Source: Prevotella sp. | GTDB lineage: Bacteria > Bacteroidota > Bacteroidia > Bacteroidales > Dysgonomonadaceae | Assembly (NCBI GenBank): GCA_031285625.1 | Contig: JAITVV010000017.1 | Span: forward strand, 62,945 to 126,944 | Reading direction: 5' to 3' | Length of the DNA: 64,000 bases | In this document: in pieces, positions 50,020 to 59,673 of the stretch | Layout of the letters: each line of letters begins with the position of its first letter | Numbering within the stretch: the stretch's first letter is position 1 | Notes under the pieces: model-generated | What the model saw: only the letters and a program-made list of their open reading frames with translations | Databases searched by the model: none | What the model was told of the DNA's origin: nothing | Program-made: the position numbers and the translations under genes

Positions 50020-50595
50020 ATGAAAAAAGTACTCATCATTAACGGACATCCTGATAAAGAAAGCTTTTGCTTTGGGTTGCATCAGAAATATAAAAAAGGT
50101 AGTCTCGAAAGAGGTAACGAAGTAAAAGAAATTATTCTTTCCGATATGACTTTCAATCCTATTCTGATGTATGGTTACCGAAAACGTACAGAACAGGAAC
50201 CCGACTTATTAGAAGCGTGGGATAAATTGCAATGGGCTGAACATATCGTATGGATATATCCTACATGGTGGGCTTCGCCTCCTGCCCTGTTAAAAGGATT
50301 TATCGAAAGGATATTTTTACCGGGATTTACATTTGAGTATCAGGAGAAATCTCCATTTCCAAAAAAGCTTTTAATCGGGAAAACTTCCGAAATTATAAGT
50401 ACAATGGATGCTCCCGTGTTTTACTATAAATGGATGGTAAAAGATATCGGAGGCAAAATGATAAGGAAAGAAATAGGAGCATTCTGTGGCATAAAGAATA
50501 TAAGGACAACATATCTGGCGACAATAAAAACATCGACAGCAGAACAGAGAGAGAAATGGTTAACAAAAATAGAGTTACTAGCAAAGAATGGATAA
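50020..50595 (+). CDS. flavodoxin-fold NAD(P)H-dependent (quinone) oxidoreductase
   Basis: INGHPDKESF, YPTWWASPPALLKGFIERIF.PG; ATG at 50020. Confidence 0.88.
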   Translation: MKKVLIINGHPDKESFCFGLHQKYKKGSLERGNEVKEIILSDMTFNPILMYGYRKRTEQEPDLLEAWDKLQWAEHIVWIYPTWWASPPALLKGFIERIFLPGFTFEYQEKSPFPKKLLIGKTSEIISTMDAPVFYYKWMVKDIGGKMIRKEIGAFCGIKNIRTTYLATIKTSTAEQREKWLTKIELLAKNG

Positions 50596-51772
50596 CGACA
50601 CACTTACAACCTCAAAAGAGCGCATACGACTCGCTATTTTCTGTATATATTTTTGTACAGGTATTTGCTTCTCCAGTTGGGCAAGCCGTATCCCCGATAT
50701 AAAGAATTCGTTAGGATTAGGCGATGCAGCTTGGGGGACAATCTTATTAATGATTCCAATTGGACAAATCTGTGGTATGACTATTTCCGGCTTGCTCATC
50801 TCCAAGATAGGTAGTAAGCGGATTCTTCCTATAGCTCTGTTGGGATATGTATTATCTCTACTGTTTATCGGATTATCAGCAACTGAATATGCATTAATTA
50901 TCAGCCTTATTGTTTTCGGCTTTTTTGGAAATTTCTGTAATATTTCCGTAAATACACAAGCAGTCACCCTTGAGGCTGTTTACCACAAACCGATTATGGC
51001 ATCTTTTCATGGAGGCTGGAGCCTAGCCGGGTTAACGGGCGCATCGGTTGGGCTGTTAATGGCTTCATTAAAGATTCATCCGATTTATCATTTCTGCATT
51101 ATAGGACTCCTTGTATTGGCAACTCTTTATATAAATAAACCTTATCTGCAACCTGACTTAAAGAGAGAAAAAGATCCGGCAGATATATTAGCAAAAAAGA
51201 AAAATAAACCTGAAAAATTTCTATTTCTACTAGGAATAGTTGCATTCTGCGGAATGGCAGCAGAAGGAGCCATGTCAGACTGGAGCGGGCTCTACCTGAT
51301 AGATGTAGTGGGTACTCCAAAACACCTGGCACCAATAGGATTAGCAGCTTATATGATAACGATGGCATCAGGACGATTTGTCATAGACAAAGCCACTCAG
51401 AAATGGGGACGCCAACGGGTGGTTCAGGCAGGAGGAATACTTATTGCAACAGGACTATTCTCAGCTGTAGCATTTCCTCACTTCATTACTACAATAATTG
51501 CTTTTATGATTATAGGTTTTGGTACAGCAGGCATCGTCCCTACAATATATAGTACAGCAGGACAAAAAACAAAAATACCGACAAGCATTGCACTAACAAT
51601 TGTTTCCAGTGTAAGTTTCCTTGGATTTCTGATGGGACCGCCACTGATCGGCTATATATCGAGTGTGACCAATCTGAGATACTCTTATGCCCTGATAGGA
51701 CTCTTCGGTATATGTATTGTAGCTCTAGCATCAATAATAAAAGTTTTAAAAGAGGATAGAAATAATGAATAG
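50588..51772 (+). CDS. MFS transporter
   Basis: about 12 TM; WASRIP, MASFHGGWSL, AEGAMSDWS, GFLMGPPLIG. Confidence 0.9.
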   Translation: MDNDTLTTSKERIRLAIFCIYFCTGICFSSWASRIPDIKNSLGLGDAAWGTILLMIPIGQICGMTISGLLISKIGSKRILPIALLGYVLSLLFIGLSATEYALIISLIVFGFFGNFCNISVNTQAVTLEAVYHKPIMASFHGGWSLAGLTGASVGLLMASLKIHPIYHFCIIGLLVLATLYINKPYLQPDLKREKDPADILAKKKNKPEKFLFLLGIVAFCGMAAEGAMSDWSGLYLIDVVGTPKHLAPIGLAAYMITMASGRFVIDKATQKWGRQRVVQAGGILIATGLFSAVAFPHFITTIIAFMIIGFGTAGIVPTIYSTAGQKTKIPTSIALTIVSSVSFLGFLMGPPLIGYISSVTNLRYSYALIGLFGICIVALASIIKVLKEDRNNE

Positions 51773-52568
51773 CAAAATAAAAGATATGGCAAATATTCTT
51801 GATAAAATAATAGCAAATAAGAAGATTGAGGTAAAAAAGCGCAAATCAGAAATTCCAATTAAAGAAATAGAGAAAAGAATAGAAGCAGTTCCTGTTTTAG
51901 CTTCATTTAAAGAAGCAATAAAGAATTCACCAACAGGAATTATTGCCGAATTTAAACGCCGTTCACCATCCCGTGACTGGATATTTAAGGATGCTAAAAT
52001 AGAAGATATTATACCTCTCTATTCACAAAACGGAGCAAGTGCAATATCTGTACTTACCGATATGGATTTCTTCGGAGGCAGCCTCGCAGACCTAGAAGCA
52101 GCTCACAGCCTGACTAAAACACCATTATTACGTAAAGATTTTGTTATAGATGAATATCAACTCTATCAGGCAAAGATATCAGGAGCAAGTGCAATACTGC
52201 TTATAGCCTCAGCTCTCACAATAGAGGAGACAAAACATCTTGCTAAAAAAGCAAAAGAACTAAATCTGGATGTTTTACTGGAAATACATAATGACAAAGA
52301 GCTTAATCATATAAATGAGAATGTGGATGTAGTAGGTGTAAATAACCGGAACCTTGGAACATTCGTTACTGATGTACAAATCTCTTTCGATCTGGCTGAC
52401 AAAATCCCTAATGAGTTTGTAAAAATATCAGAAAGTGGTATTTCTGAGCCTCAGACGGTTATAGATCTGCAACAGGCTGGATACCAGGGATTCCTTATGG
52501 GCGAGAATTTTATGAAAACGAATAATCCGGGTAAGGCTTTAGAAGATTTTATAAAACAGTTGGGATGA
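51765..52568 (+). CDS. trpC: indole-3-glycerol phosphate synthase
   Basis: IIAEFKRRSPS, ISVLTD..FFGG, LLRKDF, GVNNRNL, SESGI; alternative start at 51786. Confidence 0.96.
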   Translation: MNSKIKDMANILDKIIANKKIEVKKRKSEIPIKEIEKRIEAVPVLASFKEAIKNSPTGIIAEFKRRSPSRDWIFKDAKIEDIIPLYSQNGASAISVLTDMDFFGGSLADLEAAHSLTKTPLLRKDFVIDEYQLYQAKISGASAILLIASALTIEETKHLAKKAKELNLDVLLEIHNDKELNHINENVDVVGVNNRNLGTFVTDVQISFDLADKIPNEFVKISESGISEPQTVIDLQQAGYQGFLMGENFMKTNNPGKALEDFIKQLG

Positions 52569-53239
52569 AAATAAAGGTATGCGGGATGAAATATCCCGAC
52601 AATATACATGAACTGGGAAAATTGCCGATAGACTATATGGGATTTATAATATATTCTAAATCTCCACGATATTTATTGAATCCAAATTTAGGCTCAGAAA
52701 ACTTCACCGAAGATCGTTTAAAAGAAAAAAGAGACCTGCTGGATACGATTCCGTCCCACATAAAAAAAGTGGGAGTAGTGGTGAACGATATACCGAATCT
52801 TGTAATCTCATATATTAAAGATTTTGGACTAGATTGTGCTCAGCTACATGGAACGGAAAATCATTTTTTTTGTGAATTTATCAGGGAGGAATCACCCGAA
52901 ACCGAAATAATAAAAGCAATAAGTGTATCGGAAGTATCAGACCTGGAAAGAACAAAGAAATATACAAAAGATGATTGTGATTATTTCCTGTTCGACACTA
53001 AAACACCTCAATACGGAGGTTCGGGGCACAAGTTTGACTGGAATATACTGAACGAATATAATGGAGATATACCTTTCTTCCTCAGTGGAGGAATATCTAT
53101 TGATGATGTAAAAACAATCAACGGAATAAAACACCCTCAACTATACGGACTCGACTTAAATAGTAAATTTGAGATAGAACCGGGACTAAAAGACATAGAA
53201 TTATTGAAACAATTTATACAACAACTAAAATATGAATAG
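52565..53239 (+). CDS. trpF: phosphoribosylanthranilate isomerase
   Basis: KIKVCG, KSPRY, QLHGTE, LFDT..GGSG.KFDW, FLSGG, DLNSKFE..PG.KD. Confidence 0.94.
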   Translation: MKIKVCGMKYPDNIHELGKLPIDYMGFIIYSKSPRYLLNPNLGSENFTEDRLKEKRDLLDTIPSHIKKVGVVVNDIPNLVISYIKDFGLDCAQLHGTENHFFCEFIREESPETEIIKAISVSEVSDLERTKKYTKDDCDYFLFDTKTPQYGGSGHKFDWNILNEYNGDIPFFLSGGISIDDVKTINGIKHPQLYGLDLNSKFEIEPGLKDIELLKQFIQQLKYE

Positions 53240-54005
53240 AATAAAGCAATTGTTTGAAAAAAAACAAAAGGATATCCTTTCCATCTATTTTACAGCCGGA
53301 TTTCCGCACCTGAACGACACATGCGATGTTATCCGTGAACTTGAAGCAAACGGTATTGATCTAATAGAAGTAGGGATCCCTTTTTCGGACCCGATGGCTG
53401 ATGGGCCTACGATCCAGGATAGCGGTACCATTGCCTTGCGTAATGGCATGACACTAAAAGTCCTATTTGAACAATTAAAGGATATAAGGAAAAATGTTAC
53501 TATTCCACTTATTATGATGGGCTACCTTAACCCTATTATGCAATATGGATTTGATAACTTTTGCAGAGATTGTAAAGAGATAGGCATAGATGGTGCCATT
53601 ATTCCCGATCTTCCGTTCGATGATTATATAGATGAATATAAGCCAATAGCCGATAAATATGGTATTAAAGTAGTGATGCTCATCACCCCTGAAACATCTG
53701 ACGAACGCATCCGACTTATCGATGAGCATACTGATGGATTTATTTATATGGTATCATCGGCTGCAACTACCGGAGCACAACAAAGCTTCGATGATAAAAA
53801 ACAGGCATATTTCCGCAAAATAAACGGAATGAACCTGCGTAATCCCCGTCTGATAGGTTTTGGGATATCTAATAAGGCAACCCTAGAGGCAGCACAAGAA
53901 AATGCTAGTGGAGCTATTATAGGTAGCAAATTTATCACATTACTCAAGGAAAGCACTAATGTAAAAGAGGCAGTAAAAGCATTGAAAGATGCATTGAGTA
54001 AATAA
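53232..54005 (+). CDS. trpA: tryptophan synthase alpha chain
   Basis: [33 protein letters not shown]. Confidence 0.97.
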   Translation: MNRIKQLFEKKQKDILSIYFTAGFPHLNDTCDVIRELEANGIDLIEVGIPFSDPMADGPTIQDSGTIALRNGMTLKVLFEQLKDIRKNVTIPLIMMGYLNPIMQYGFDNFCRDCKEIGIDGAIIPDLPFDDYIDEYKPIADKYGIKVVMLITPETSDERIRLIDEHTDGFIYMVSSAATTGAQQSFDDKKQAYFRKINGMNLRNPRLIGFGISNKATLEAAQENASGAIIGSKFITLLKESTNVKEAVKALKDALSK

Positions 54006-54040
54006 AAAGTATCAACATTCTTTTATTATGATAAATATTT

Positions 54041-54140
54041 GTTTACACATCCTTTGTCATGCTGACCATCCCTATTCTTTTATTCATGGAAAAGAGTAAA
54101 GAGATCCTTCGTTCCTCAGGATGACAAGGATGAAGTAAAC
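54041..54140 (+). repeat. TGTC-tagged REP-like element with extended terminal inverted repeats
   Basis: GTTTAC..CATCCTTTGTCATGCTGAC...GAGATCCTTCGTTCCTCAGGATGACAAGGATG..GTAAAC. Confidence 0.75.
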
Positions 54141-54246
54141 TACGACAAGAAATACTTTTAATTACTTAATACAAACAAAGAAAAGTTGTACGTTCGTACA
54201 ACAAAATGGTATATTTGCAATCTGAATTCAACTTTCAGATATAGCA

Positions 54247-55878
54247 ATGTCAAAACTAAAAGAATATATAAAACTGTGCGGTAAATTTGTTTATAAATAC
54301 AAGTTTACCATATTGGTTTTAGTATATATTGGACTGATTGCCTTTCTGCCGATAAAGATGGCTGCAAGTTTTCCTATGGCATTTCATGTTATATCATTCT
54401 TTTTTCTACTGTATATTTTAGCGAAAGCAAAGTATACTTTTATATTCACCTTTATACTGGCTTTTATACTTACTTTCAATGCCTATTTTGCATTTGCTCT
54501 GGGGAGTGATATATCGATGGATATAATGGCTTCCATATTTGAAACGCATATGGCAGAGGCTGTGAGTATGCTCAAAGGTGGGGTTCTCATAGGTAGTCTG
54601 GTAGCGCTCATCCTCACTACTCTCATTTTATATTTATCTGAAAAAGAATTGAAAGATGTAAAACTTTCGATAAAATGGCCTGTTATTGGATTATTAGTCT
54701 ATCTGCTATTGTTCCTTCCATTCATTTCATACAAACGTATTGTATATGAATACGAAGAAAACTTGTTCATAGAATTTCCAATCCGTGTAGGGCAGGACAA
54801 AGTGAATATGTATGCTCCTATTCTCTACGGAAATATAGCTACAATAATAGCTTATCAGGAAGAAATGGCTCAGTTGCGTAAATTCTCGGAAAGTGACAAG
54901 AAGTTACCTGATGGAATAGTACATAATGATACAATACAAACACCTGAAAAAATATATCTTATTATTGGTGAAAGTGCCTATCGTAAACATCTATCTTTAT
55001 ATGGATACCCTGTAAAAACGACTCCATTTCTGGATAGCCTGACACAAATTACACCCTCTCCAATAGACTACTACAATGGCATTGCTCCAGCAGCATTTAC
55101 ACGAAATGTACTGCGGATAGCATTATCCTTTGCCTCACCAACGGATATACAGCCATTCTATGAAGAGAAGACACTTATAAATCTTGCTCATGACGCCGGA
55201 TATGAAACATACTGGATATCGAATCAGGGAGCATCAGGAATACAAGACTCATATCTTGGATATCTGGCTGCCGGAACAGATAAGGCTGTATTCACCCAAG
55301 GAGGATATTTGGCAAATGATGATTTTAATCTGATTCCACTACTAAAAGAAGAGCATAAACCAAATAAGAAACAATTTTTTGTAATCCATCTGGTAGGTAG
55401 CCATAATAACTACTCAGACCGCTACGATAAGACAGATGCAGAGGCCATACCTGACTCCGGATCGTCATTACAAACAGACTATGACCGGTCTATACATCAT
55501 ACCGACAGAGTATTGCATGCGATATACGACATTATGCAACAAGATTCCACAGCCGTATTCTTTCACTTTTCGGATCATGGTGAAATACTGGGAAAAGGCC
55601 ATGGGCCTTGGAAAAATGGAATTGCGCAGTTCGAGATTCCTCTTATTACGATTCAGAAGAATGCTGAAAAGATCAGTTCTGTAATGGAAAAATATCTGGA
55701 TACGGATACTAAGTTGATCAACAATTCGAGTACTATATACATTCTGGCAGAAATGATGGGATACACCATTCCCGAGAAAATGATAGAGAAGTCTATTTTA
55801 GAAGGACGGTATGTCCGTCATTCGGATCAAACATATTCTCCGTTCTCGGAAGTTAAAGAGAAGCCGGAAGAACGCTAA
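54247..55878 (+). CDS. phosphoethanolamine transferase family (membrane-anchored sulfatase fold)
   Basis: N-terminal TMs; IIGESAYR.HLSLYGY..TTP, WISNQ, HLVGSH, YDRSIHHTD, FSDHGE. Confidence 0.88.
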   Translation: MSKLKEYIKLCGKFVYKYKFTILVLVYIGLIAFLPIKMAASFPMAFHVISFFFLLYILAKAKYTFIFTFILAFILTFNAYFAFALGSDISMDIMASIFETHMAEAVSMLKGGVLIGSLVALILTTLILYLSEKELKDVKLSIKWPVIGLLVYLLLFLPFISYKRIVYEYEENLFIEFPIRVGQDKVNMYAPILYGNIATIIAYQEEMAQLRKFSESDKKLPDGIVHNDTIQTPEKIYLIIGESAYRKHLSLYGYPVKTTPFLDSLTQITPSPIDYYNGIAPAAFTRNVLRIALSFASPTDIQPFYEEKTLINLAHDAGYETYWISNQGASGIQDSYLGYLAAGTDKAVFTQGGYLANDDFNLIPLLKEEHKPNKKQFFVIHLVGSHNNYSDRYDKTDAEAIPDSGSSLQTDYDRSIHHTDRVLHAIYDIMQQDSTAVFFHFSDHGEILGKGHGPWKNGIAQFEIPLITIQKNAEKISSVMEKYLDTDTKLINNSSTIYILAEMMGYTIPEKMIEKSILEGRYVRHSDQTYSPFSEVKEKPEER

Positions 55879-56532
55879 TTACCGAACTTGTCCTGTAATA
55901 TCATAAATATCCTTTATCTTATCAAGCTCCCCATCCAGATCGAAATGGAGGTCATGCAATCGGGCATCTTCTATATCGAACACCCATCCTGCAACCTTGG
56001 GATACCCTTTTTCGTAATAAGATTTCTGCACTTCTCCTATCTTTATTATATTACGACATTGCTCATATGTATTGAGTTCGACAAGACGCCTATGCCTGGC
56101 TTCCATATCATCTATAGCATCCAGCTCTTCTTTATGGAGATGATACACATCGCGTATACTTCGCAGCCATGGATTAAGTATACCATAATCGGAATTTTCC
56201 ATAGCCGCATGTATTCCACCACACCCATAATGGCCACAAACAATAATAAATTTTACCTTGAGGTATTCCACTCCATAATTAATAACCGAAAGGGCATTCA
56301 GATCGGTGGTTATAACCATGTTCGCAATGTTACGATGGATAAAAACCTCCCCTGGCTTTAGGCCCATTACCTGATTAGGATGTACTCTGCTATCCGAACA
56401 TCCGATATATAAAAAATCGGGGTGCTGGTCGGCTGCTAGTAACTTGAATAATCCGGGGTTATCTACTTTATTTTTCTCTATCCATTTATTATTGGCTTCA
56501 AATATCTGGTTATATTTTTCTTGATCGGACAT
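55879..56532 (-). CDS. can: beta carbonic anhydrase
   Basis: IGCSDSRV, GEVFIHRNIAN, CGHYGCGG. Confidence 0.94.
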   Translation of the reverse strand: MSDQEKYNQIFEANNKWIEKNKVDNPGLFKLLAADQHPDFLYIGCSDSRVHPNQVMGLKPGEVFIHRNIANMVITTDLNALSVINYGVEYLKVKFIIVCGHYGCGGIHAAMENSDYGILNPWLRSIRDVYHLHKEELDAIDDMEARHRRLVELNTYEQCRNIIKIGEVQKSYYEKGYPKVAGWVFDIEDARLHDLHFDLDGELDKIKDIYDITGQVR

Positions 56533-56590
56533 ACTAGTAATTAAAGAATTATATGTTTACAATATGTGTTTTGAATTATTCAATGTATTT

Positions 56591-56672
56591 TGTCATCCTT
56601 CGTTGCACTCAGGATCTCTTTCCTTTTGTCCTTGATAAATGGGTCGGGATACTTCCTGTCGTCAGCATGACA
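56591..56672 (-). repeat. TGTC-tagged REP-like element (reverse orientation)
   Basis: the reverse strand reads TGTCATGCTGACGACAGGAAGTATCCC...GAGATCCTGAGTGCAACGAAGGATGACA, like the 54055 copy. Confidence 0.75.
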
Positions 56673-56860
56673 ACAACGGTCACATAAGCCTAGCATATGT
56701 AAATACCTCAACAAATGTTTATCAAAACTTAAAATAATCGCTAAAGATAATACTTCCACTTTCTGCACACAAGACCAAATATAGTTTTCCTTTCATTCTA
56801 AATAATGAAAATGAGTATCTGTTCTCACATTTTTGATAACTTTGCGAAAACAAATAGTAT

Positions 56861-57739
56861 TTGATGGTTACAGTATTACTTTCGGGTGGATTAGGGAATC
56901 AAATGTTCCAGTATGCAGCAGCAAAGGCTTTAGCTACACGCTTGAACACATCACTTAGAATAGACTTGTATACTTTTACAAAAAAGACACAAGCTACTGT
57001 GCGCCCCTACGAACTGGATATTTTCAATATCGTAAACTTACCTGAACGCTCTACATTAAAAGGTAAACTGATAACAAAAGCAAGACCATTTATACAAAAA
57101 CACAGGACCTTCTTTCAGAAATTCGGTATTCTCACCGATACTTATGCAATCCTTTACCAGCCTGTTTTTGAATCAATAACCGGTAATATAACAATGTCAG
57201 GATATTTTCAGAATGAAAAATATTTTAAAGATATAGTAAAGGTACTGAGGAATGATTTTACTTTCAAAAGCCCTTTAATTGATGATAATCTGAAAGTTTC
57301 AGACAAAATACGCTCTTCGCAATCTGTCGCAATACATATACGAAGAGGTGATTATCTAAGTCAAAATTCTCAATCGAATTTCATCACGTTGGATAAAGCA
57401 TATTATGAGAAAGCGATCCGGTTAGCTATAAACCAGATTAAGAATCCGGAATTCTTTGTTTTTTCTGAAGATTTTGAATGGATAAAAGAAAATCTTAATT
57501 TTGAGAATTACCCTGTAACCTTTATTGATTGGAACAAAGGTAAGAACAGCTATATAGATATGCAGCTGATGAGCTTATGCAAACATAATATTATAGCCAA
57601 TAGCAGCTTTAGCTGGTGGGCAGCGTGGCTCAACAATAATCAGGATAAAGTAGTTATCGCACCTGGGCATTGGTTTCAGGATGAGAAAAAAAACATACTG
57701 TTGGATGATTTCTATCCTGACGGATGGAAAAAAATATAA
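56861..57739 (+). CDS. alpha-1,2-fucosyltransferase family (GT11)
   Basis: GGLGNQMFQYA, GYFQ, HIRRGDY, FSED, IIANSSFSWWAAWL; alternative start at 56864. Confidence 0.92.
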   Translation: MMVTVLLSGGLGNQMFQYAAAKALATRLNTSLRIDLYTFTKKTQATVRPYELDIFNIVNLPERSTLKGKLITKARPFIQKHRTFFQKFGILTDTYAILYQPVFESITGNITMSGYFQNEKYFKDIVKVLRNDFTFKSPLIDDNLKVSDKIRSSQSVAIHIRRGDYLSQNSQSNFITLDKAYYEKAIRLAINQIKNPEFFVFSEDFEWIKENLNFENYPVTFIDWNKGKNSYIDMQLMSLCKHNIIANSSFSWWAAWLNNNQDKVVIAPGHWFQDEKKNILLDDFYPDGWKKI

Positions 57740-57740
57740 A

Positions 57741-57831
57741 TATTTATCTAATAATAAAGCCTGAAGAGAAGTAAGAAAAGAAAGGTAACAATAAAAAACA
57801 TGCAAAAAACTGTTACTTTTGTCACTTTTTA
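57741..57831 (+). repeat. dispersed intergenic element, copy E (GGTAACA-N20-TGTTACTTTTGTCACTTTTT)
   Basis: same architecture as copies A-D. Confidence 0.75.
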
Positions 57832-57865
57832 ATATTAATAATCAGTTACTCAAACACATAACAAT

Positions 57866-58870
57866 ATGCCTAGAGTTTCCATACTAATGCCTGTATATAA
57901 TGCTGAACAGTATATTGCTCAAGCACTGGAAAGCATTATATCACAAAGCTTCAAAGACTGGGAACTGATACTTATAAATGACGCTTCGACAGACAATAGC
58001 GAATCTGTTATTATGCAATATGAAGATGACCGCATTTATTATATAAAGAATACGGAAAACCTGAGATTGATAAAAACATTAAATAAAGGGATTGGCTACT
58101 GTGACGGAGAGTATATTGCACGAATGGATGCCGATGATATTTGCCTGCCTGACAGATTGAAACAACAGGTAGACTTTCTGGACAATCATACCGATTACCT
58201 GATGTGTGGAACAAATGCCAGCGTGATTGACAGTAATAGTAGAAGGACAGGAAAAATACATAACCTGACAGATAATAACTACTTACAGATAAGTCTCCTG
58301 TTCTCCCCTTCATTTATTCATCCAAGTATGATGATCCGTAAGGAGATCCTGCAACAAAACAAATATGATGAAGCGTATAAGCATGTGGAAGACTATGAGT
58401 TATGGTGTAGAATAGCCAAACAAGGAAAGATAGCAAACCTTGATAATGAATTACTTAAATATCGATGGCATAGTACAAATGTTTCGGTTGTAAACAATCA
58501 GGCACAAGACGAGCTAAAAGAGAGGATAATCAGGAAGGAACTGGAAAGGTTGAATATAATACCGACGGATAAAGAGTTATACTGCCATAAGATAACCTTC
58601 CAACTATACAATCTTGGGAATAAGCAGGATATAACTGTAGATTTGTATAATGAGGTATCTGGTTGGTTTTCTAAACTGATCCATCACAATCAGATAAAAA
58701 AAATATACAATCAATCCGATCTTATTGCATTCCTCTGGTCGCGATGGGTGGTATTGTGCATCTCCCAGAAGAGTTACAGCAAGACACTTGCTCCGCCATT
58801 TTCATCATTCAAGCCTGCAATAATAACGAAACTGGTAAAACTTATCCTTTTCCTAAGAAAGAAAAAATGA
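57866..58870 (+). CDS. GT2 family glycosyltransferase
   Basis: VSILMPVYN, NDASTD, ARMDADD, EDYELW. Confidence 0.93.
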   Translation: MPRVSILMPVYNAEQYIAQALESIISQSFKDWELILINDASTDNSESVIMQYEDDRIYYIKNTENLRLIKTLNKGIGYCDGEYIARMDADDICLPDRLKQQVDFLDNHTDYLMCGTNASVIDSNSRRTGKIHNLTDNNYLQISLLFSPSFIHPSMMIRKEILQQNKYDEAYKHVEDYELWCRIAKQGKIANLDNELLKYRWHSTNVSVVNNQAQDELKERIIRKELERLNIIPTDKELYCHKITFQLYNLGNKQDITVDLYNEVSGWFSKLIHHNQIKKIYNQSDLIAFLWSRWVVLCISQKSYSKTLAPPFSSFKPAIITKLVKLILFLRKKK

Positions 58871-59673
58871 CAGAAACAGAAGAACTAAGAGAAATATATA
58901 ATCCCGATGGCTCGGAACTAAGAACATTACAATTAAAGATGTTGGATATTCTTACCACTGTTGCCTCCATCTGCGATAAGTATGAAATACCTTATTGGAT
59001 AAGTGGGGGAACCCTGTTGGGTGCTGTTCGTCATGGTGGCTTTATCCCTTGGGATGATGATATAGATATTGAATTGCTCCGTCCTGATTATAAAAAGCTG
59101 CTAAGTATCCTACCCAAAGAGCTTCCCGGCAATCTATATTTGCAGACACCCAAAGAGAAAAGTTACAGGCTGCTATTTTCGAAAGTCAGGGACAGACACT
59201 CTATAGTTTACTCCGAAGAAGAAGATATGGCCAAATACAAAGAAAAAGGAATCTTTATTGATATCTTTCCTGAGGAAAGAAGTTACAGATGGATGAAAAA
59301 TATAGTTGACTTCTTTTATGGGAGAGCCTTTAGGCGGCTGAAGAGAGGACGCGCATTCCATTCTTTAAAATACTTTTTTGAATATGCGACATCACTCCTT
59401 TTATACCCCATAGGGATTGTCTTGATTTGCATATCAAGGGCCATATGTAGTATTACCAAACCTGACAATATACTGCACAGTTATGGGATAGGAAACTCTA
59501 CAAACCATAATGCAAAATATATGTTTCCGGTTAGCAAGATTAAATTTGAAGGGAAAGAGTTCTATGCGCCGAAGGAACCCGACACTTACCTGCGTAAACA
59601 GTATGGAGACTATACAACCATCCCTCCCAAAGAGAAACGGGCTACCCACTTTATGAAGGTGGAGTATCTATAA
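58867..59673 (+). CDS. LicD family phosphotransferase
   Basis: GGTLLGAVRHGGFIPWDDDIDI, IDIFP, YLRKQYGDY; ATGA overlap with the GT2 gene. Confidence 0.9.
   Translation: MTETEELREIYNPDGSELRTLQLKMLDILTTVASICDKYEIPYWISGGTLLGAVRHGGFIPWDDDIDIELLRPDYKKLLSILPKELPGNLYLQTPKEKSYRLLFSKVRDRHSIVYSEEEDMAKYKEKGIFIDIFPEERSYRWMKNIVDFFYGRAFRRLKRGRAFHSLKYFFEYATSLLLYPIGIVLICISRAICSITKPDNILHSYGIGNSTNHNAKYMFPVSKIKFEGKEFYAPKEPDTYLRKQYGDYTTIPPKEKRATHFMKVEYL

Noticed and set aside
44159-54005. trpB and trpA at opposite ends of the operon
   Set aside because: trpB-E-G-D-C-F-A is the usual Bacteroidales order; only the insertions are notable.
56580-56768. 62-aa ORF upstream of can
   Set aside because: It runs through the REP-like element and has no coding hallmarks.
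58744-58866. N-terminal extension of LicD in the ORF track (similarly 45276, 25494, 24105, 39938 and 33583)
   Set aside because: These extensions overlap neighbouring genes or promoter motifs; downstream ATGs give family-typical starts.
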